Shown here: positions 57,923 to 64,000 of the stretch, piece after piece
Layout: each line of letters begins with the position of its first letter
How positions within the stretch are numbered: position 1 is the stretch's first letter
Assembly (NCBI GenBank): GCA_965209155.1
Contig: OZ242383.1
Coordinates: forward strand, 832,001 to 896,000
Direction: 5' to 3'
DNA: 64,000 nucleotides
Source of the DNA: a bacterium
Lineage (GTDB): Bacteria > SAR324 > NAC60-12
Notes under the pieces: model-generated
Databases searched by the model: none
What the model was told of the DNA's origin: nothing
What the model saw: the letters and a program-made list of their open reading frames with translations, nothing else
Translations under genes and position numbers: made by a program

Positions 57923-58981
57923 TTAAATACGAATCCGTTGCTCGGTTGTTGAATCAAACAAAAAAATTTTTTCCAAATTGATACGAATATTAACCTCTTT
58001 ATCGATTTCACCCACAAAATCTTTGTCAGCACGTATTGAAAAAATATTTTCATCATCCAAACTGACGTTTACCAGGGTGACTTCACCCGTCAATTCCACT
58101 GAATAAATCGGTGCTGAAAAATGTCCTCCTTCTCCGCTGACGATTTCCGTGTCCTCGGGGCGTACTCCAAGCACAACCGACCCGTGTGAACCTCCTCCAA
58201 TTTTTTCGATCAGGACCTTGTTACTTGAAAAGTTTCCTTCTTTGAGATCGCCTCGGATCAAATTCATCGTTGGCGAACCGATAAAACCCGCAACAAACAA
58301 ATTTGCCGGGTTGTTATAAATATCTTTTGGTTCCGCAAGCTGTTGTACCACTCCTTCATTCATAACGGCAATCCGATCTGCAAGCGTCATTGCTTCAATC
58401 TGATCGTGGGTCACGTATATCGTTGTAATCCCGAGTTCGTGTTGCAGGTGCTTGATTTCCGCACGCATTTTAACGCGAAGTTTAGCATCCAGGTTCGATA
58501 ATGGCTCATCCATCAGGAACAATTGAGGATTTCGAATCAATGAGCGCGCCAATGCGACACGCTGCTGCTGACCACCGGATAATTGACGCGGGAAACGTTC
58601 CAATTCCGCTTCAAGATGAACCCTTTTGGCTGCTGTCAGGACTGACTGGCGACGTTCCGATATGGGCCGTTTACGAATTCTCAACGGATATTCAATGTTC
58701 TGGTAAACTGTCATATGGGGATAGAGCGCATAGGATTGGAATACCATTGCAATGTCACGATATTTTGGCAATAGGCCTTTTACTGAATTGTCACCAATGA
58801 GAATATCACCTTCACTTTCAGTCTCCAGTCCTGCGACTATGCGCATGGTTGTGGTTTTTCCACATCCCGACGGACCCAAGAGGACTAAAAATTCTCCGTC
58901 TTGAACCTCCAGGTTCAAATTGTCGACCGCCACAACCGAGTCAAAACGTTTGCTGATATTTTTAAAAATCACGCTTGCCAT
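57923..58981 (-). CDS. Carbohydrate ABC ATP-binding protein (MalK/UgpC-like)
   Basis: GPSGCGKTT, VFQSYALYPH, LSGGQQQR and MDEPLSNLDA. Confidence 0.95.
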   Translation of the reverse strand: MASVIFKNISKRFDSVVAVDNLNLEVQDGEFLVLLGPSGCGKTTTMRIVAGLETESEGDILIGDNSVKGLLPKYRDIAMVFQSYALYPHMTVYQNIEYPLRIRKRPISERRQSVLTAAKRVHLEAELERFPRQLSGGQQQRVALARSLIRNPQLFLMDEPLSNLDAKLRVKMRAEIKHLQHELGITTIYVTHDQIEAMTLADRIAVMNEGVVQQLAEPKDIYNNPANLFVAGFIGSPTMNLIRGDLKEGNFSSNKVLIEKIGGGSHGSVVLGVRPEDTEIVSGEGGHFSAPIYSVELTGEVTLVNVSLDDENIFSIRADKDFVGEIDKEVNIRINLEKIFLFDSTTEQRIRI

Positions 58982-58984
58982 AAT

Positions 58985-59854
58985 TTATCCTTTAACCGCC
59001 CCAAAGGAAAGACCTCGTACGAGGTGACGTTGTACAGTGAAAGCAAGAATGACGACGGGCAGAATAGCCACAACGCCGCCAGCGGTGATTTCGCCCCAGA
59101 AAATCTGATGTTGAGAAATTCGAGTTCCCAAAGCAACTGGGAAGGTTTGCGAGGCCGCGGTATCCGAAAGGATGAGTGCCAACAACATTTCGTTCCAGGA
59201 AAGAAGGAAACTAAAAATTGCGGTTGCGGCAATACTTGGTTTGGCAAGAGGAATGGCAATCCTCAACATGGCACCGAAGCGCGTGTCTCCGTCGACCATC
59301 GCCGACTCTTCCATCTCACGGGGAATTTCACTGAAATAGCCCTTCATCATCCACACCACGAAAGGGAGGTTGAATCCGGTATAAGCAATGATCATGGACC
59401 ATTTGGTATTAAGAAGACCGACGGTACTGAACAAGACATATAGCGGGACCAGGGTGACAATTGGAGGTATCATGCGAGTGGAAAGAATCCAGAAAGAAAT
59501 GTGTTTCTTGAAGCTACCGAAATAAGTAAATCGAGCCAATCCGTAGGCGGCGAAAGTGCCAAAAACGAGAGAAATACAAGTCACAGAAACTGCGATGATT
59601 AAACTGTTTCCCATTTGTATGTAAAATCCGCGATTTACAAAAACCTCGATATAATTGTTCAAGGTAGGCTTATCCGGCCAATAGACTACTGGGATCGATA
59701 TAATATCAATTCGACGTTTGAATGAATTGAAGACCATCCACAACATAGGGAACAAGGTATAAAACAAGGCCAACGCCATTGCAATATATACAAAACAACT
59801 TTTAAGGTACTCCGTCACCAATATCCGGCGGCGTTGATTCAGAATTCCATTCAT
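58985..59854 (-). CDS. Carbohydrate ABC permease (MalG-like)
   Basis: AAYGLARF, EESAMVDG, SWNE and GLSFGAVKG. Confidence 0.93.
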   Translation of the reverse strand: MNGILNQRRRILVTEYLKSCFVYIAMALALFYTLFPMLWMVFNSFKRRIDIISIPVVYWPDKPTLNNYIEVFVNRGFYIQMGNSLIIAVSVTCISLVFGTFAAYGLARFTYFGSFKKHISFWILSTRMIPPIVTLVPLYVLFSTVGLLNTKWSMIIAYTGFNLPFVVWMMKGYFSEIPREMEESAMVDGDTRFGAMLRIAIPLAKPSIAATAIFSFLLSWNEMLLALILSDTAASQTFPVALGTRISQHQIFWGEITAGGVVAILPVVILAFTVQRHLVRGLSFGAVKG

Positions 59855-60819
59855 TCCTTCTCCCTTTCACGAACCATTTGACGGATGAACCACATGCTGA
59901 AAGTTATGGTGATGACAAGCATGGCAATTGATACTGCCGCCGCAAATCCCATGTCGTATTCTCGAAAAGCAATTTTGTACGTAAACGTTGTAATCGACTC
60001 CGTGGCACCTGAAGGACCACCAAAGGTCATGATATACATGGTTTCGAATACTCTGAAAGCATCCATAGTCCGTAACAAAACGACGATTGTAACAACCGGA
60101 GTAATAAAACGCCAAGTCAAATCTCGAAACTGTTGCCAACCGTTTGCTCCATCGATTTCTGCTGCTTCGTATGGCTCACGCGGCAATGAAGCGAGCGCTG
60201 CCAGCATCATCAGGAAAACGAAAGGAGTCCATTGCCATATATCAATGAACATCAACGTCGGCATGGCGGTCTCAGTGCGAAACAGCCACAAAATGGGACC
60301 ATCAATAATGCCACGATCGTACAACCAATCTTCAACTCCAATTTTATAAAGCACATCATTGATCACCCCGAATTGGCCGTTAAACATGGCATGCCACGTA
60401 ATGGCCACGCAAAGGGGGGCCACCATCATAGGTAAGAGAAGAATTGTTCGTACGACCGAAAGACCGCGGAGCACCCGACTGAAGAGAAGCGCAAGACCGA
60501 GTCCGAGCGTAAATTCTATGATCACCACAATTACTGTAAACTTTATCGTATTTCCAAGGGACTGGTGAAAACGGGAATCCGTAAAGAGACGGGCAAAATT
60601 GGTAAATCCCACAAATTCGCTATCAGCGGGGTTTAAAAAATCGTATTTGTAAAAAGCCAGGGTAAAAAGGCGAATCGTCGGATAGATGGTGAGGAATAAC
60701 AGAATAAGCGTGGCAGGCGCCAACAATAGATACTGTAAATTTTTTTCAATCCACCTTTCAATGCGGCTCCCTCGCATTCTGGGAGTTGTCGCTTCTTGTT
60801 TTATAACGGATTCGCTCAT
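59851..60819 (-). CDS. Carbohydrate ABC permease (MalF-like)
   Basis: FVGFTNF, DIWQWTPF, EAAEIDGA and TFGGP. Confidence 0.93.
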   Translation of the reverse strand: MSESVIKQEATTPRMRGSRIERWIEKNLQYLLLAPATLILLFLTIYPTIRLFTLAFYKYDFLNPADSEFVGFTNFARLFTDSRFHQSLGNTIKFTVIVVIIEFTLGLGLALLFSRVLRGLSVVRTILLLPMMVAPLCVAITWHAMFNGQFGVINDVLYKIGVEDWLYDRGIIDGPILWLFRTETAMPTLMFIDIWQWTPFVFLMMLAALASLPREPYEAAEIDGANGWQQFRDLTWRFITPVVTIVVLLRTMDAFRVFETMYIMTFGGPSGATESITTFTYKIAFREYDMGFAAAVSIAMLVITITFSMWFIRQMVREREKE

Positions 60820-60908
60820 ATTCTTTTATGTTTCACCGTCTCGTTCAGCATAGAAAAGTCGCACTCTTAAAATTTTCCGGAGACGCAGGAACAAGGGAGC
60901 CGGTAATG

Positions 60909-60942
60909 CAACACGCGAGTTAATTATCGAACCCGCGTGTTG
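60909..60942 (-). terminator. Intercistronic stem-loop after the SBP gene
   Basis: Minus strand CAACACGCGGGTT...AACTCGCGTGTTG, a 13-bp stem with one G-U pair. Confidence 0.55.
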
Positions 60943-60977
60943 TCAAATCGTTGATCGAGAAAAGTCACGAGTCGGGA

Positions 60978-62225
60978 TTATTCAAGAAGAGGCGCAATCC
61001 TGGCGTCAGCCGCCGCCAAGCCTTCGTCTCGGGACTTGGTTCCGGACATTACCGCGTTGATTTCTTCTCCGATGATGATCGCCATTTGCTCCCAATTTTT
61101 ATGCCGTGGTCGTGGAATCGAGTTTCGAATCGAATCAAGCAAGACTGGAAAAAAACGGAAACGATCTTGCGAAATCAATTCGGGGTCCTCAAATACTGAA
61201 ATCCGTACGGGTGAGTTACCGCGCAAAGCCGAAGTCTTGATTTGCTCGGGCGCGCTTGCCCAGTTGATGAAATCGAAGGCTGCCTGTTTGTTTTCCGATT
61301 CAGTGGATATGGCCGTCAACCAGTGCCCAATCATACCTTTTCCGGGGACGGTGCCAAAGGGCAAAGCCGTGTATTTCATCTGACCGACCACTTTCGACTG
61401 ATCCGGGTCCTCCAGGATGGAAACGAAAATTGGCCAGAAAATCGCTGTAGATGCCACACGTTGGGTTAGATTGGTCATCAGTTCTTCGAATGCCATTCCT
61501 TCAACCCCAGGAGGGGCATACTCGGCTAATTCAAGCCACAAATCAAGCGCGGTTCGACCGGCTTCACTGCTCAGACTCGGAGTATTGCCGTCCTCTCCCA
61601 AGACTTTGCCGCCATATGACCAGAATGCCGCCAACCATCCGGCAAAAGACTGTTGTTGGTTTGCTGCCATCATATAACCGAACTTGCGTCGTCTGCCCTT
61701 CTCTGCAACCATTTTTGCTGCCTCTTTTACGTCTTCCCACGTATCCATGGGGCCCGTATAACCCGCTTCTTCCAACATGGAAGGATTGTAGAAGAACATC
61801 ATGGCATTGCCCACGTAAGGCAAGCAATAGAATGGGCCCTCTGAGTAGGGATTCCGGCAAAGCGCCAGTGAGTGACCGACGAAATCATTGTCGGGGCCAT
61901 CCGTACCCAGCGCCGTGAAATATTGGGTCAATCGTTCCAGACAATTGGCATCCGCCAAGCCTTGGAACCAGGGATCATCTAATAAGTAGACGTCGTACGA
62001 TCCTGAACGAGTAGAACACGCGGTGAACACCTTCTCTCGCGCATTGACGTAAGGGACTTGAACCGTCTCGATGGTCACGCCTGTTAACTTTTCATAATCT
62101 TCACCCAACATTCTGAGGCCATCCCCATCGGGACCACTTGGTACCAACAGGGTTAAATCAGCAGCAGATACGCTTCCTCCCATGGCAATTGCCAACACCA
62201 ATAACACACTTTTTATGATTCTCAT
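60978..62225 (-). CDS. Carbohydrate/polyol ABC substrate-binding protein
   Basis: Signal peptide, YEKLTGVTI, YDVYLLDDPW and AISTESENKQAAFDFI. Confidence 0.9.
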   Translation of the reverse strand: MRIIKSVLLVLAIAMGGSVSAADLTLLVPSGPDGDGLRMLGEDYEKLTGVTIETVQVPYVNAREKVFTACSTRSGSYDVYLLDDPWFQGLADANCLERLTQYFTALGTDGPDNDFVGHSLALCRNPYSEGPFYCLPYVGNAMMFFYNPSMLEEAGYTGPMDTWEDVKEAAKMVAEKGRRRKFGYMMAANQQQSFAGWLAAFWSYGGKVLGEDGNTPSLSSEAGRTALDLWLELAEYAPPGVEGMAFEELMTNLTQRVASTAIFWPIFVSILEDPDQSKVVGQMKYTALPFGTVPGKGMIGHWLTAISTESENKQAAFDFINWASAPEQIKTSALRGNSPVRISVFEDPELISQDRFRFFPVLLDSIRNSIPRPRHKNWEQMAIIIGEEINAVMSGTKSRDEGLAAADARIAPLLE

Positions 62226-62241
62226 CTTTTTCTCCCATAAG

Positions 62242-62294
62242 ATTGTTAAAATTGAATGAATCGTTAAATTAAATTGTTAAAAAATTAATGTCAA
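62242..62294 (-). promoter_or_regulatory. Putative promoter of the inserted ABC operon with three repeated boxes
   Basis: Minus strand TTGACA (62294-62289), 17-nt spacer, TAATTT. AT(T/C)GTTAA on the + strand at 62242, 62260 and 62273. Confidence 0.5.
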
Positions 62295-62639
62295 CCATTT
62301 TTTCGTTGAAATTTTCGAATTTTTTCAGAGGTCCTTCGATATCTGGCGATTTTTCAATTGCGAATTGTATTACGTCTCTACCTGCTTCGAGAAACGAGTG
62401 GATATCACGCGAGAGAAGAAGTTGAGGTGAAGAGTGTCGAAAAACAGGATGGGTCTTTTCAGCGTTCTGCCGTAGGATAAAGACGAATACTTTCTCTTTT
62501 CCAGGTACGATCATCGATACCTCCGACTTTGATAAACGCAATTGAAAGTAAGATGATTATAACAGATGGGTTATGCTCAGAGCGGAAGCATAGCTCACGT
62601 CAAGAGAGCGGAAAGCGGTCTGGTATTCCAAAGAAAAAG

Positions 62640-63686
62640 TCAAGAATAAAAATGATGAAATTTTGCCGCATAGCGCATGCATGCGCCGACGTCAATGGTG
62701 TTGAAGGCGTTGGAGACCAAGGTCACTTGCGCCTGGTCCTGGGAGTCATAGTCAATTTCTCGTTCTCCATCCAGAGCGATCATGCCGGATTTCGTATTCA
62801 GGGGAATCGTTTCCTGAACTGAGAACAAATGATAATCACGCACGCCTACCTTTGTGAATAATCCCGGCGCAATTGGAACCCGGACGGTTTTCTTTGCAGT
62901 GGAAGGCGACTGCAGTCGTACGTGTAATCCAAAAGGCTCATGCCTCGCTACAGGTCTCAAGAGTCCGGCAATCGCGGACAGGCCAATTGCCTCCGGATCG
63001 GCATAAGTGACAAAGAGTTCTCGAAAATTGTCAGTTCTCCAAAGCGCGCGGGCGCCGATGTAGCGTTCTGTGGTTACGGAAACATCGACAATGGCGATCT
63101 CCGATCGATTGTTGCCTTTTAATTCCACTTTCAACATTTTGTTTTGTACCTGGGCAATTTCCCGGGGAATTTGCCCTGTCACGGCCAGTCCCACTGCCAG
63201 GCCGGTTATTGTCGGTTCCCGCTGCTCGGGAAAGGCATTGTTGGTTCCTGTTGAAATGCCGGCAATGCCAATCGACCCGCAGTGCTGCGCAACGGCCCGA
63301 TGCGTTCCGTCGCCACCCAGAACGATGATGGCCTTCACTCCTGCTTGCGCCATGGCTTGCGTTGAAGTGATGGTGTCCTCAACATTGCCTTTGACCGGAG
63401 TGTCCGTGAATTTCAAGGAGGGAAAGGTGGCATGTCCCAGTTTTTTTTCTCGTTCCAGGCTTCGCGTCAGCGCTTTGCGAATGCCTCCATTCTCCGGCAT
63501 CATGAGCACCTTGGGAACCCCACAGGCACCGAGTGCTGCCATCACTCGCAGTATCACGTTTGCCCGGTCCACAATCGGCATGCTCGCTGCATTGGCGATC
63601 ACCCGACGAATATCCCTTGCCGCAATCGGATTGGCAATCAGGCCAACAGTGATGCTATCCGATTTGACGTTTGAAAAAGATGGCAT
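62640..63686 (-). CDS. acoX: Acetoin catabolism protein X (NAD kinase-like)
   Basis: GLIANPIAARDIRR, LGGDGTHR, STGTNNAFP and ALDGERE. Confidence 0.9.
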   Translation of the reverse strand: MPSFSNVKSDSITVGLIANPIAARDIRRVIANAASMPIVDRANVILRVMAALGACGVPKVLMMPENGGIRKALTRSLEREKKLGHATFPSLKFTDTPVKGNVEDTITSTQAMAQAGVKAIIVLGGDGTHRAVAQHCGSIGIAGISTGTNNAFPEQREPTITGLAVGLAVTGQIPREIAQVQNKMLKVELKGNNRSEIAIVDVSVTTERYIGARALWRTDNFRELFVTYADPEAIGLSAIAGLLRPVARHEPFGLHVRLQSPSTAKKTVRVPIAPGLFTKVGVRDYHLFSVQETIPLNTKSGMIALDGEREIDYDSQDQAQVTLVSNAFNTIDVGACMRYAAKFHHFYS

Positions 63687-63716
63687 TGTCTGAATTTTGT
63701 ATAGAGATTTTTGTTT

Positions 63717-64000
63717 TTATTGAAACTGGCCTGAGAAATAGCGCTCCGCCAGATGAAATGCGGCAATGCCGATTTTTTCACCAATCACACGTCCCGGGAT
63801 GTCATCGGCAGGAGGATGAATCCCTCCCCAAATCCTCGAAAGACTGGTCTGGTCTGAAGCATCCCGGTATGTGGCCCATTGAAGGGTCATATCTACGCTG
63901 GGACCATCCTCGAAAACCAGAAATTCGTTTTGTTTGATTTGAAATTCTCCCATCCCTCCGGGAAAAAAGGCATTTCCAGTCAAGAGGGTCATCACTTCCG
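63717..64000 (-). CDS. Vanadium-dependent haloperoxidase/PAP2-superfamily protein, C-terminal part (5'-partial)
   Basis: LTGNAFFPGG...TLQWATYRDASDQTSLSRIWGGIHPPADD (SRxxxGxH motif). Confidence 0.8.
   Translation of the reverse strand, partial: EVMTLLTGNAFFPGGMGEFQIKQNEFLVFEDGPSVDMTLQWATYRDASDQTSLSRIWGGIHPPADDIPGRVIGEKIGIAAFHLAERYFSGQFQ

Noticed and set aside
62269..62640. Short ORFs between the SBP gene and acoX
   Set aside because: No motifs, and they overlap the putative promoter.

Overview
Bacterial chromosomal window of mixed GC; the gene content is compatible with a marine SAR324/deltaproteobacteria-like genome, but that is inference only. (1) 1-2.8 kb: high-GC dipeptide-type ABC permeases and an extended SDR. 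(2) About 2.8-20.7 kb: an AT-rich mobile/defence island containing an IS91 remnant, an IS66, a truncated gamma-carbonic-anhydrase-like gene, an orphan DUF433 antitoxin, a DUF5131(Gp37/Gp68)-TcmP fusion, a nested palindromic MITE/REP, a DUF2188 pseudogene, a YaaC-like gene, a DUF2235 lipase-HEPN-like fusion interrupted by an ISKra4-type IS (24-bp TIRs, 9-bp TSD), and a type I R-M system with fused M-S whose hsdR start overlaps the stop of a cold-shock gene. (3) 20.8-41.4 kb: mostly housekeeping genes (udp, mutL, yacG, NtrC-like regulator, dsbD, GDPD, rpsA, folK, ROK, pheT) plus an unannotated ~300-nt highly structured intergenic element at 36.68-36.97 kb with a putative promoter, two four-way junctions (one tRNA-shaped) and a terminal hairpin. 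(4) 41.5-46.2 kb: an accessory patch with a second IS91 remnant. (5) 46.3-64 kb: catabolic clusters, including a sugar ABC system with duplicated permease pairs, a DHDPS-family lyase, a Baeyer-Villiger monooxygenase, acoXABC split by an ABC operon, and a partial vanadium haloperoxidase-like gene. No CRISPR array, rRNA or canonical tRNA was seen. All family calls come from motif recognition by eye; no database searches were run.
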